The notes under the pieces were generated by a model. That model saw only the letters and a program-made list of their open reading frames with translations. It ran no database searches and was not told the DNA's origin. A stretch of 55,657 nt of DNA from a virus (Duplodnaviria > Caudoviricetes). A program made the translations under genes and the position numbers. Within the stretch, counting starts at the first letter, position 1. The number at the start of each line of letters is the position of its first letter. The stretch is from IMG/VR virus record IMGVR_UViG_3300048796_000091, positions 1 to 55,657 of that record, one strand, 5' to 3'. Below, piece by piece: positions 46,179-55,396 of this stretch.

Positions 46179-48164
46179 TTACTGAACAGCGGAAAGTACC
46201 CATAAATCTTGCATCAATTGGTCATTTACATAGGAATAAGGCAAAGTAAAATAGCCAGCCATACCCCAATCTGCACCCCATGAATTTCTTACTAATAAAG
46301 TTTGAGTAATATCATTATATCCCACGAATAGAATAGCATGACCACCTAAAGCTTGATCATAGTAACTTGGCATAGGAACTATCCCAGTTTGAGCAACTTC
46401 TTGAGATTCCATTTCTTGGAAAACAACAATGCCACCGATAATAGGATGATTTTGAGCAAGGGCTTGTTTCATCTGATTAAGATCAACATTTACTTGGTAG
46501 TATGATTTTGCTTTATGATTGAGGGCAGCTTGATAAGCAATATCAGACGGTTTAGTGGCAAATTGAGATTCAACATATGGCCAAACTAATTCATCACATA
46601 CCCCGTAGTCAGTTAAAACTTTGATGGCATCATGGATTTGAGCACCAGAATCAGAATTAACAGTACCTTCAATAAGACGTTCATTATAATAAATGAATAG
46701 TCTAGATGGTTCAAATACATTTTCTTTCTGTTGCATCATATCGTATTCAAAAGCGGCAGCAGATGCGTTTCCAGTACAATTATGTACAAAAACCCCTACA
46801 TCCAAGGCAAAATTTTCAAATTCTGGGACATTTAAACAATATACATCTTCTTTATAATTTAGTGGCTCAACAGTAAGTAATTTACAATTATAATTTTCGC
46901 AAGCTATTTGAAAGTGTTCATTAGATTCAAATTGTTTTAAAGCAGTTTGATATTTTGGGTATGAATTTCTATTAATATCAAAAGATTGAGTCTTTCCATT
47001 TCTTGTTCTATTTAAAATTCCATTCACTGTAAAAGTATTTCTTATTTTTGTATAATTTTCCTCATTTAATTCCAAATTACTATCAAAAACACGTCTGCCT
47101 ATTTTTAAACTTTGAAATTTTATAGAATTTTCAGCTAAATTCAACCCAATATCATGAAATTTATCTCTAATTTCATCATCCATATTCTCCCAATTTTTTT
47201 TACCTAAATCGGAACGCTTTTTTACATTTTCTGGATTTTCATAATATATAGATAAAGAAATTGCTGCTTTTTCTCTACTTTCTTTAGAATTTCCCAATTT
47301 TAAATTATTCAAAACTTCTTCTTTTTTTATTGGGTCTTTTTTTGCGATTTCCCAAGCAGCTTTTCCTCCTTTACTAGCTCCTTCTAAATTCCATCCCGGA
47401 TTTTCTTCATGCATTCTTAATGCATTCTTAATGCAATGTTGTCTTTGCTCTTCTGAACCATTCCATTTAGAAAAACATGAATCTGCTAAAGATGTATGAT
47501 AAGTAGTATGAGCAGTATTGGTCATATACTGTAAATTATCAGGGTTATTATTGTACTTATCAAAATCAATATGATGTATTACAATGTAATCATCCATTAT
47601 TTGTTTTGGTTTTTCTTCTACATAGTTTTTCGATAACCAATGAGTGTAATGATATTTATTATCATCTTGACAAAAAACAATTTCGTATTTTCTATGTGCT
47701 GTTGCTTTTTTTCTATAAAATGGCATCAAACTTGTTCCATTTTTAATTTCAGAAATTGGTATATATTCATCATCTCTAGTTAAAAAATTATGATCAGGTG
47801 TACAAATAATTTGTTCACCATTATCTAAAGTAACTTTTACTAATTTTTTATTTATCCCTGTTTTTGAAGCTGTTGCTTTTCCCGGTACTATTCTACCATT
47901 CTGAATAGAATATACCCAAAATGTATTACCTTCTTTTCCTTCTGCCAAATCTTTAATTTTTACATTTTTTCCATTTAATAATGGTATTATTGTATCACCA
48001 ACAAAACATGAACCTGTTTCACCTTGATTATATACATCAGGCATACCCGGTCTTAAATCTACAGAAGTGGGTAATTGAATATCTTGGAAAACAGCACTAA
48101 AATTTAATACTTTATGATCAGGATTAGATTTGATGACATTATAGGTTACATTCGCTGGTTTCAT
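46179..48164 (-). CDS. papain-family (C1A) cysteine protease interrupted by an intein
   Basis: LPTSVDLR, NQGETGS|intein|CTGNA, SRLFIYYNER, GGHAILFVGY, RNSWG..WG..GYF. Confidence 0.92.
   Translation of the reverse strand: MKPANVTYNVIKSNPDHKVLNFSAVFQDIQLPTSVDLRPGMPDVYNQGETGSCFVGDTIIPLLNGKNVKIKDLAEGKEGNTFWVYSIQNGRIVPGKATASKTGINKKLVKVTLDNGEQIICTPDHNFLTRDDEYIPISEIKNGTSLMPFYRKKATAHRKYEIVFCQDDNKYHYTHWLSKNYVEEKPKQIMDDYIVIHHIDFDKYNNNPDNLQYMTNTAHTTYHTSLADSCFSKWNGSEEQRQHCIKNALRMHEENPGWNLEGASKGGKAAWEIAKKDPIKKEEVLNNLKLGNSKESREKAAISLSIYYENPENVKKRSDLGKKNWENMDDEIRDKFHDIGLNLAENSIKFQSLKIGRRVFDSNLELNEENYTKIRNTFTVNGILNRTRNGKTQSFDINRNSYPKYQTALKQFESNEHFQIACENYNCKLLTVEPLNYKEDVYCLNVPEFENFALDVGVFVHNCTGNASAAAFEYDMMQQKENVFEPSRLFIYYNERLIEGTVNSDSGAQIHDAIKVLTDYGVCDELVWPYVESQFATKPSDIAYQAALNHKAKSYYQVNVDLNQMKQALAQNHPIIGGIVVFQEMESQEVAQTGIVPMPSYYDQALGGHAILFVGYNDITQTLLVRNSWGADWGMAGYFTLPYSYVNDQLMQDLWVLSAVQ
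46779..48008 (-). mobile_element. intein (410 aa) with HNH endonuclease
   Basis: Block A CFVGDT, block B CTPDHNF, block F/G DVYCLNV..ENFAL..GVFVHN|C; internal VIHHIDFDKYNNNPDNL HNH motif. Confidence 0.92.
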
Positions 48165-48247
48165 GATAAGTCTCCTTTGTGAGTACTTATCTATTTATTA
48201 ATTATTTTTGAAAGAAGGAATTTAAAAATATGTTTAAAATCAAGGAG

Positions 48248-48751
48248 TTATGTAGTAGATAGAGTTCGCATATAGGTTAGAAATGAATAATAGCAATCTA
48301 AGCCTTTAGAAAAATGTACATCAGCATCAACCATGTAGAAGTCTTTACAAATATCTGGGATAAAAGTATCACATTGAAATTCTTTATCTATTCTGGTAAT
48401 CAGAAGTTGGTCACTGTATTGCAATGCGGATTTATAAATTTCAGCACCACCAATAATATATACATTTTTAGTATTATTACATGACAGGTCTGTTTCTTTA
48501 GATAAACATTCCATAATATCAGAATAAGCCGTGACATCGGGATGTGACCAATTTTCATTTCTGGTAATAACTACATTTCTTCTATTTGGTAGTGCTTTAC
48601 CAATAGATTCAAATGTTTTTCTACCCATAATAATAGTATTATTAGAAGTTATTTTTTTAAAATATTTTAAATCTTCAGGAAGATGCCAAGGTAAAGAATT
48701 ATTTAATCCAATACCATTATTTTTATCAGTTGCTAGAATTGCGATTATCAT
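48248..48751 (-). CDS. frd: dihydrofolate reductase
   Basis: NGIG.NNSLPWHLPEDLKYFK, IMGRKTFESIG..LPNRRNVVITR, IIGGAEIY, CDTF. Confidence 0.95.
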   Translation of the reverse strand: MIIAILATDKNNGIGLNNSLPWHLPEDLKYFKKITSNNTIIMGRKTFESIGKALPNRRNVVITRNENWSHPDVTAYSDIMECLSKETDLSCNNTKNVYIIGGAEIYKSALQYSDQLLITRIDKEFQCDTFIPDICKDFYMVDADVHFSKGLDCYYSFLTYMRTLSTT

Positions 48752-49199
48752 TTACTGCCTCATATTTAAAGTGTGCATATTGTCCACCATTTGCTTTATG
48801 TTCTCTTAATTGAAAAGCAACGGTGTTACCAAATTTAGTCAGAGTAACAAATCCATTTATTAAACCGGATTGATAATCAATTTCAATAAGACCATTATCT
48901 GCTAAGTCATATAAGCAATCATAGTCATCATGTTGTGATAAAAATATTCCTGCAACTTCAGCTTTTTCTGGATCACCTTTGAATTTACTTTCAAAATATC
49001 CGGCTAATCTTGTGCCAAATCCAATATTCCAATCAAATCCATTTACATTAAGAATTGGATGGGTGTTTTTATTACAGCGCATTTTATATTTATTAATTTG
49101 ACCAATACCTTCAACACCTTCAACACAAAGACTGTCTATATAACCAAGTAATGACCAATGGTCTTTTCCGAATTGTAAAATATCAATAATTTCATTCAT
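48726..49199 (-). CDS. hypothetical protein
   Basis: 157-aa operon ORF (FGKDHWSLL, HDDYDCL). Confidence 0.65.
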   Translation of the reverse strand: MNEIIDILQFGKDHWSLLGYIDSLCVEGVEGIGQINKYKMRCNKNTHPILNVNGFDWNIGFGTRLAGYFESKFKGDPEKAEVAGIFLSQHDDYDCLYDLADNGLIEIDYQSGLINGFVTLTKFGNTVAFQLREHKANGGQYAHFKYEAVNDNRNSSN

Positions 49200-49522
49200 A
49201 TTATTATATGCCTATCATTAAAGTTGGTGTACAGTTCATTAAACAATATAACTGTCCAATCAGGAAGTTGACGTTTTATTTCAGTTGCAATTTTCAATCC
49301 TTCTTGCATTCCAGTAGTATTCCATGGGATGTTTTCTGGAGCATTTTCATTGAAACAATCTGTTCTGTCATGCATTTTTTGCCATTTCATAATCCTATCA
49401 TGCAAATCTGTTGTGACAGGTAATTCTTCTATGGCACATGAGGCACCATTTTTATCCCATATTCCATCAGCACAATAATCACACATTACTTTAACATATT
49501 TATGTTCGATTAAACTATTCAT
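49196..49522 (-). CDS. hypothetical protein
   Basis: 108-aa operon ORF. Confidence 0.6.
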   Translation of the reverse strand: MNSLIEHKYVKVMCDYCADGIWDKNGASCAIEELPVTTDLHDRIMKWQKMHDRTDCFNENAPENIPWNTTGMQEGLKIATEIKRQLPDWTVILFNELYTNFNDRHIII

Positions 49523-49524
49523 TT

Positions 49525-50142
49525 TTATCCTAATTTAAAAAGGTTATTAAATTTTCTGGCAATTTTCATGAATGCATTGTCTGGTTCATTGTTTGCACAA
49601 GTAGTACATACACAATTACATTTTATGTTATCTGAATCTTTGTGCCCATCATATACTTTTTGAGGTTCTTTCAGTTCTTTTTCAGTAGGAATCAATCCGT
49701 GTTTTTTGTCATACGCATCTTTCAGTTCTTTTTCAGTAGGAATCAAATGTAGCTTTCTATATGCATTCCAATCTTCTATATATTCATTCCATTCATTCAC
49801 AAAATCCATACTTTTATTACGTACCACATCTGCCATAAATCCCGGATTTGATGAACTATAAGTAACCGCTTCTTTAATCCAAGCTTTATCCACAATCATT
49901 GCTTTGTCATAATTTAATGACCAGTAATCTTTATTTCGTATAATTGCATTTACTTCGTGTTTACGTTTTTCTGAACCGTTTTCACCACCAAGACAAGATA
50001 GTACCGTGATTCTATTAGAATCATTCTTATCAATATCAACAATGACAAAATATGGACAGTACATTTCGTGCCAATAATCACCAATTTGCGGATTATCCAA
50101 CGCTTCTTGATTCTGCTTTTGTCGTTTTCCAATAAAATCCAT
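49525..50142 (-). CDS. hypothetical protein with LIPTEKELK duplication
   Basis: 205-aa ORF; about 29-nt direct repeat with 51-nt period. Confidence 0.6.
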   Translation of the reverse strand: MDFIGKRQKQNQEALDNPQIGDYWHEMYCPYFVIVDIDKNDSNRITVLSCLGGENGSEKRKHEVNAIIRNKDYWSLNYDKAMIVDKAWIKEAVTYSSSNPGFMADVVRNKSMDFVNEWNEYIEDWNAYRKLHLIPTEKELKDAYDKKHGLIPTEKELKEPQKVYDGHKDSDNIKCNCVCTTCANNEPDNAFMKIARKFNNLFKLG

Positions 50143-50145
50143 GGT

Positions 50146-50361
50146 TTATCCCTTTGGTTTATAAATCGTATTTCTGGTTTCAAATACTCCATTTTCACCA
50201 ACTGATATTATCAAAGAAGTATGAATTAATTTAGTATTAGAAACCATTCCAGTATTTGGATGATTAAGAGGGAATACCAAAGCTGAATATCCAACTTTGA
50301 AATCAAGAACGCTTCTGGATGGATCATAGTAAACAACCGGTTTAGTTTTTTGAATTTGCAT
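50146..50361 (-). CDS. hypothetical protein
   Basis: 71-aa ORF ending FETRNTIY, AAGGA RBS. Confidence 0.6.
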   Translation of the reverse strand: MQIQKTKPVVYYDPSRSVLDFKVGYSALVFPLNHPNTGMVSNTKLIHTSLIISVGENGVFETRNTIYKPKG

Positions 50362-50362
50362 A

Positions 50363-50911
50363 TTATCCTTTCATAACTTTGCCATGACCCCGCAACATTT
50401 TATTGAAACATCCTCTAGTTCTACGAACATTTCCATGAAATTGTTGTACATATCCATCACCATATACTATTAACAATGTATCATTTACACGGATTGATGA
50501 TTTTTTATATGAATTACTAGTGATTTCAATTTCTTTTTCAAGTAACTTTGCGAGATTAATAGCAAATTTAATAGCTTGCTTTTTAGTATGGAAAATATGC
50601 TTTTTAGAAGAATCATCCCAAACCCGCCAAGTAGTTTTACTTAAACGTGGGTTATAATATTTAGGATTTCCACCACCAAATTTAAATAATTCTCTCCTAT
50701 TAAGATAACGACCTTTTATATTAGTAAAATAATAACTTTTATAATTAACGACTTCTCCAGTAATTAATTTAGCAGTAATATATTTGTCATTATCATATGA
50801 AAGAATAGTACATTCTATTTTATTAGAATAACATTCTTTATCATCGTCATATTCAGAAGTAATATCATCACAATACCATTTTTGAGGTTTCATCATCTTT
50901 TCTTTCATCAA
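50363..50911 (-). CDS. hypothetical basic protein
   Basis: 182-aa operon ORF. Confidence 0.55.
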   Translation of the reverse strand: MMKEKMMKPQKWYCDDITSEYDDDKECYSNKIECTILSYDNDKYITAKLITGEVVNYKSYYFTNIKGRYLNRRELFKFGGGNPKYYNPRLSKTTWRVWDDSSKKHIFHTKKQAIKFAINLAKLLEKEIEITSNSYKKSSIRVNDTLLIVYGDGYVQQFHGNVRRTRGCFNKMLRGHGKVMKG

Positions 50912-51816
50912 TACATCTTTTTATTTGGATCATGAGGCAACACTACACCATTTTCCAAACCAATTTTAAATTTATCTACAAATTCATCAGAATACATACC
51001 TTGAATATCATAGTAATTTTCCCAACAAAATTCTCTGAACCAACCACTAGAAATAGATGAAGCTAATTTCATATGGGCAAGATTAAACACTTCCCTATAT
51101 GACATTGCACCCGGATATGGAACAATAGAACGTTCCAATGACAGTACACAAATTTCTTCATATGCAGCAGCAAGTTGTATTTCTTTGGAACACTTATCCC
51201 ATTTAGCTTTAGAGCACCAAACTTGACCATCAATAAATTTATAATAAGCAGGAGTATCATATAGTTTAACTGCTTCATGAATAGAATCATGGTCATAAGT
51301 ATATTCTACACCAGTATCAGCACCAAAGAAACCATCTTTACTCTGATTTAATTTAGGTAATTTATTAGTATAAGTAAGAGACTCCCGTTCTTTTAAAAAT
51401 GGAACATGTTCTGGTCTAATCTTAGCACCCATTTTTCTCATTTCAAGAATATCATCCAAAGTCTTTTTAAAATGTGGTGAATCTTTCTTGTAACGATGAG
51501 ACATTTTCAACAAATATAATACATCCAAAGACGGAATAATATGTCCATCTTTATTATTGTTATCATTCTGAGTATGAATGAATTTAATTAATTTATCAGC
51601 TCTTGAATTTTCCCATGCAATATCAGCTTCAATAATTATTTTATCTTGAGTAAGCATGAACATAGCATCACCACCATTGATAGGGTAAAATGCCTTCAAC
51701 GAAAGAGATTTACGAAATTGATTAATTTCATCATATGTACCAACATAATCAATGTCATTTACTTTGACTGGTTGATCACGATAGAAATTAAAAGCACTAG
51801 AGCCAATGAGAATCAT
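50908..51816 (-). CDS. polymerase-beta-superfamily nucleotidyltransferase-like protein
   Basis: Start MILIGSSA (G-S), NDIDY (DxD), third acid IEAD; LYLLKMSH, YDHDSIHE, SGWFR. Confidence 0.65.
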   Translation of the reverse strand: MILIGSSAFNFYRDQPVKVNDIDYVGTYDEINQFRKSLSLKAFYPINGGDAMFMLTQDKIIIEADIAWENSRADKLIKFIHTQNDNNNKDGHIIPSLDVLYLLKMSHRYKKDSPHFKKTLDDILEMRKMGAKIRPEHVPFLKERESLTYTNKLPKLNQSKDGFFGADTGVEYTYDHDSIHEAVKLYDTPAYYKFIDGQVWCSKAKWDKCSKEIQLAAAYEEICVLSLERSIVPYPGAMSYREVFNLAHMKLASSISSGWFREFCWENYYDIQGMYSDEFVDKFKIGLENGVVLPHDPNKKMY

Positions 51817-51827
51817 ATTTACCTTTC

Positions 51828-52112
51828 TTAACAAGAAGATGAATTCCAATCTTCATATTGAGTACAATTCCAAGATGCTACTAAACTATCATCTGTACAA
51901 TAAGAATTATTCCATTTGTTTAATAGCCTATTTGTAGCATTAATATCAAATTCATATTCCATGCCATTATCTAAGGCAAGTTGTTGGGCTTCTTTCATCA
52001 ATACATATGCTTGCTGAATTTTATCAGCAATTTCTTGATTAATTTGTTTAAATTTTTCTCTTTCATCATCTTGAATTTCCTTTGGTTCATCATCTGTCCA
52101 TACCCATGCCAT
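51828..52112 (-). CDS. small acidic W-x-S-S-x-C-tailed protein
   Basis: Helical N-part, then WNNSYC...WNSSSC*. Confidence 0.7.
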   Translation of the reverse strand: MAWVWTDDEPKEIQDDEREKFKQINQEIADKIQQAYVLMKEAQQLALDNGMEYEFDINATNRLLNKWNNSYCTDDSLVASWNCTQYEDWNSSSC

Positions 52113-52180
52113 TTAAATTCTCCTAAAATAAAAAGTCTAGCACAATTATATACTAGACTTTTATAAATGTACAGCCATTT

Positions 52181-52396
52181 TTAACAAGAAGATGAATTCC
52201 ATTCGTCATCTTCATCATCTTCATCATAACAATCTGAACTTTCCCAAGATTTTTCTTCTTCAGTATTAACATCCGAAGAAAATGTATACTTAAAGGATAA
52301 TCCATTTTCTTTAGCTAATTTTTCAGCTTGGTTAATATATTCTTGTGCTTTAGAAAGAATGTTGGCAACTTCTTTTATAGCTTCTTCTTTAGTCAT
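52181..52396 (-). CDS. small acidic W-x-S-S-x-C-tailed protein
   Basis: Start MTKEEAIKE after GGAG; WESSDC...WNSSSC*. Confidence 0.7.
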   Translation of the reverse strand: MTKEEAIKEVANILSKAQEYINQAEKLAKENGLSFKYTFSSDVNTEEEKSWESSDCYDEDDEDDEWNSSSC

Positions 52397-52397
52397 T

Positions 52398-52634
52398 TTA
52401 GTCTCCAAAGTATTTGGAAATCGTTGCATAATTTTCATAGTTCTACTCCACATGATGTAGATGATTTTTATCATCCGTTTTTAAATATGTATACGAAGAA
52501 TGACCAAGCTTCTTTATTTCTTTAAGAATATGTTTATTTTCTCCGTATTACATTCTATAAGCTAACCCATAAAGACAACTATCAATATGAGCATTTGACT
52601 GATCTTTGCTATATGGTATTTGGATTGTTTTCAT
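52398..52634 (-). pseudogene. possible decayed 78-codon gene with two in-frame stops
   Basis: MKTIQIPY...YRM*YGENK...HHVE*NYENYATISKYFGD* exactly fills the gap between neighbours in one frame. Confidence 0.4.
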
Positions 52635-52637
52635 GAT

Positions 52638-53050
52638 TTAGCAGTAAGATGAATTCCAAATTTTACTATCTCTTTCCATATCATATAATAAAGAGGAAAG
52701 AATATCCACATTTTTATCTTTGAGATCAATATTATCAATTGTTGAAGACATAATATCGTCATCAGCATATTCATAATCAAATGGAATATAATATTGAACT
52801 CCAGTCACAGTCGATACATCATTTACCAAAGTTAGATGGGCAAGTGCTTCTTTTACAAATTGTTTAATTTCTGTTTCATAATCACCATCACTTTCACTTA
52901 ATTCAGAAATCATTCTAATTGCAGATTTACCTTTTTCCAATGCACCAGCAATAAGTGCATTTGCATCTTTTACAACCGCTTCTCTATCTTCTAACAATGA
53001 TTTTAAAGATTTACCAGCCAGTAAAATTTCATCATAATTATTTTTTCCAT
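52638..53050 (-). pseudogene. W-x-S-S-x-C-tailed protein with -1 homopolymer frameshift near start
   Basis: GGAG RBS plus ATG at 53050; one more A in the A6 run gives MEKNNYDEILLAGKSL, matching paralog MELDYDKIMMAGKTL; ends WNSSYC*. Confidence 0.65.
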
Positions 53051-53095
53051 ATTTCTCTCCAAAAGTTATAAAAATTTAAAATTTGTTAAATATAT

Positions 53096-53366
53096 TTAAC
53101 AATTATCAGAAGAACGTTCTCCAATACCGATTACCAGTATTGTCATATGGGTCTTCTTGATAATACATACTTCTTCCACCAATGCTAAGTTGGAAATCAA
53201 AATCTGCGATTTTAGAAACTTCAACACACTCTTCGATCAATTTATTAATTTGCGAAACCTTTGCACTAATTTGTTTTGAAGCTTGTTCATGAGTAATAAT
53301 TTCTATGCCAGCTTTAGTTAAAAGCTCATGATATTTTTCACGAGATATTGTAATTTTTTCAGACAT
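53096..53366 (-). CDS. W..SS..C-family protein with +1 frameshift at the tail
   Basis: ORF ends YWRTFF* at 53106, but the +1 frame reads ERSSDNC* (stop 53096-53098); helical part resembles 51828 and 52181. Confidence 0.6.
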
Positions 53367-53382
53367 TTTATTTCCCTTTCAA

Positions 53383-53844
53383 TTAACACTTGGATGAATA
53401 CCAAGCTTGAGATTTTGCTTCTAATGTTGCAGAAACGCTGTATAGATTTTCGATACTTTTATTATCACCCCATCTAAAAACAGTATCAAGAATATTAGAT
53501 ACTGATTCGCAGTAATCATCATAATCATCAAATTTAACCATGAATTTCACTCCAGAAATTTCAGAAACGTTATCTATGAGTTCATAATGTTGAACCATTT
53601 CATTAAATTTTTCTTGATCTTCCTTTGTAATTTCCTGTCGTTCTGTGTCATAACTTATATCATCAAGATCATGGGCAGCTAATACTGATTGCCAAAGTTG
53701 AATTGCTTTTTGTAAATGATCAGCAATTAATTTAGTAGCATCTTGTACCATAGTCTTTTGCTCTTCTTTTAAATTTTTCAATTCTTCTAGATGATTAGTT
53801 AATGTTTTACCAGCCATCATAATTTTATCATAATCTAATTCCAT
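53383..53844 (-). CDS. W-x-S-S-x-C-tailed protein (long type)
   Basis: Start MELDYDK; ends WYSSKC*; paralog of 52638. Confidence 0.7.
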   Translation of the reverse strand: MELDYDKIMMAGKTLTNHLEELKNLKEEQKTMVQDATKLIADHLQKAIQLWQSVLAAHDLDDISYDTERQEITKEDQEKFNEMVQHYELIDNVSEISGVKFMVKFDDYDDYCESVSNILDTVFRWGDNKSIENLYSVSATLEAKSQAWYSSKC

Positions 53845-53857
53845 TCTAATTCCATTA

Positions 53858-54058
53858 TCAATTCTCCAATATAAAGTCACACTCATTACACAATAAATAT
53901 GCATCTGTACATGCAGAACAAGGAGCACATAAGAAACATATACACTCTCCATCCCTTCTATATTCTAATGTACCAGTACATCCATTTCTATTACAATCAG
54001 AACCCTCTTCTTCACCATGAGATTTCAATTGTCCTTTTTCTTTTTTACCAATCTGCAT
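53858..54058 (-). CDS. small Cys-rich metal-binding protein
   Basis: CNRNGC...CICFLCAPCSAC...CNEC. Confidence 0.6.
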   Translation of the reverse strand: MQIGKKEKGQLKSHGEEEGSDCNRNGCTGTLEYRRDGECICFLCAPCSACTDAYLLCNECDFILEN

Positions 54059-54330
54059 TATTCATCCTTAAATTCACTTAATGATGCACAAACTATATCC
54101 AATATAAACTTGGAAATTACCTTTTGCAATTGTACACTCTGCTCAACAGTTATGTCAACAAAATTTAAAATATCATAATCAAATTTTAATAAATCATCTT
54201 CAAATTTAATATTACCAAATGTAAGTTGCACCCCACAAAAATCAGTATTTGTAATAGTAACAACAAGTTGATCATCCACCAGTTCTACCAAATAAGAAAC
54301 TTCTCCTTCATATGGGTCTACAATATCCAT
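54058..54330 (-). CDS. hypothetical acidic protein
   Basis: 90-aa ORF, AGGAG RBS. Confidence 0.6.
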   Translation of the reverse strand: MDIVDPYEGEVSYLVELVDDQLVVTITNTDFCGVQLTFGNIKFEDDLLKFDYDILNFVDITVEQSVQLQKVISKFILDIVCASLSEFKDE

Positions 54331-54331
54331 T

Positions 54332-55189
54332 TTATTCTCCTGTTGATTTATACACTGGCATTTTGGTAATAGATATTATTTCATCAATAAATTCTTTTCC
54401 AGTTTCTATAGTAACTAACAATTTCACCATATCATGGGTTGGCTCAGATGTAAAAAGGTAATGATGATTCTGAGATAATCTATGGCAAGTTCCCATCCAT
54501 ATACTATAATCCCATGTGTATCCAGTACCAACAGAATTATTTAAAATGAAATCATATTCCAATTCCACTGGATCAAGCTTTTCCTCTTCATCCAAAGAAG
54601 ATATATAATTCATATGAGCAAGAATATTATCTTCCAACATTCCGGGAATTTTATTTAAATCATATTCATATACTAATTTAATTCCATAATATTGATCACT
54701 AAAATATGGCCTTTCACGTTGTTTTGAAGCATATCTACCAGCAGCATTTTTATCTTTATTAAAGCCATTATAGAATTCCAATTTATTAGAATCAAAATTA
54801 ATAATATATGCAAATTCACACATTAATGAATCATATACAAAATCATTTTTTTCGACTATATAAGGAAAATCAAGAGTTCGTGTAAGATTATTTAAGTTAA
54901 AATCATTTAATAAAGCATGCCATGAAGGAATACGATCACTACTATAGTAAGATTTAATTTTATCATGCCCAAATTTATCAATAATATTAAATTCTTCTTC
55001 TGATACCAATGCAGCACCATCATGTATCAATTTTAAATTTGAAGCAGATTTTTTAATATTGATATAAAGATTGTTTTGTAAAAAGTATATTACCTGTTGC
55101 CCCAGACCTTCTGGATAAGAATCATAATGATTATACATTAATTTGTCTACACCATTAATTCTGTAACCTATAGCACCATGTGTTCCCAT
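54332..55189 (-). CDS. hypothetical phage protein (MGT...YNHYDSYP.GLG)
   Basis: 285-aa ORF, AGGAG RBS; CEFAYIIN motif. Confidence 0.65.
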   Translation of the reverse strand: MGTHGAIGYRINGVDKLMYNHYDSYPEGLGQQVIYFLQNNLYINIKKSASNLKLIHDGAALVSEEEFNIIDKFGHDKIKSYYSSDRIPSWHALLNDFNLNNLTRTLDFPYIVEKNDFVYDSLMCEFAYIINFDSNKLEFYNGFNKDKNAAGRYASKQRERPYFSDQYYGIKLVYEYDLNKIPGMLEDNILAHMNYISSLDEEEKLDPVELEYDFILNNSVGTGYTWDYSIWMGTCHRLSQNHHYLFTSEPTHDMVKLLVTIETGKEFIDEIISITKMPVYKSTGE

Positions 55190-55208
55190 AATTTACTCCT
55201 AAAATTTA

Positions 55209-55394
55209 TTATTCGATTGTTTTAGCGCATACATATGAATTCTTTACACCAGACCTGATCATTTCTCCACCATGACTTTCACATTTAATTATTTCTTCTT
55301 TAACAGAATGATGATCATTAGCCAAAAGTATTAATAAAGTAAGTAAGAAGAAAATAATTATGAAAATACCAATGGATGGAAAGTACTTATACAT
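55209..55394 (-). CDS. small membrane-anchored protein, CxxxGG...C family
   Basis: TM helix then CESHGGEMI...YVC. Confidence 0.6.
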   Translation of the reverse strand: MYKYFPSIGIFIIIFFLLTLLILLANDHHSVKEEIIKCESHGGEMIRSGVKNSYVCAKTIE

Positions 55395-55396
55395 TA

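Noticed and set aside
49667-49746. LIPTEKELK internal duplication
   Set aside because: Simple in-frame slippage duplication with no further structure
52398-52634. TAG stop-codon recoding
   Set aside because: Only one in-frame TAG case, which also has a TAA; all long conserved genes are open in the standard code
956-54081. Plus-strand ORFs and nested minus-strand ORFs in the track (e.g. 12542..12967, 21173..21541, 824..1021, 4301..4495)
   Set aside because: They overlap well-supported minus-strand genes or the intergenic repeat, lack recognisable motifs and look like antisense/alternate-frame shadows
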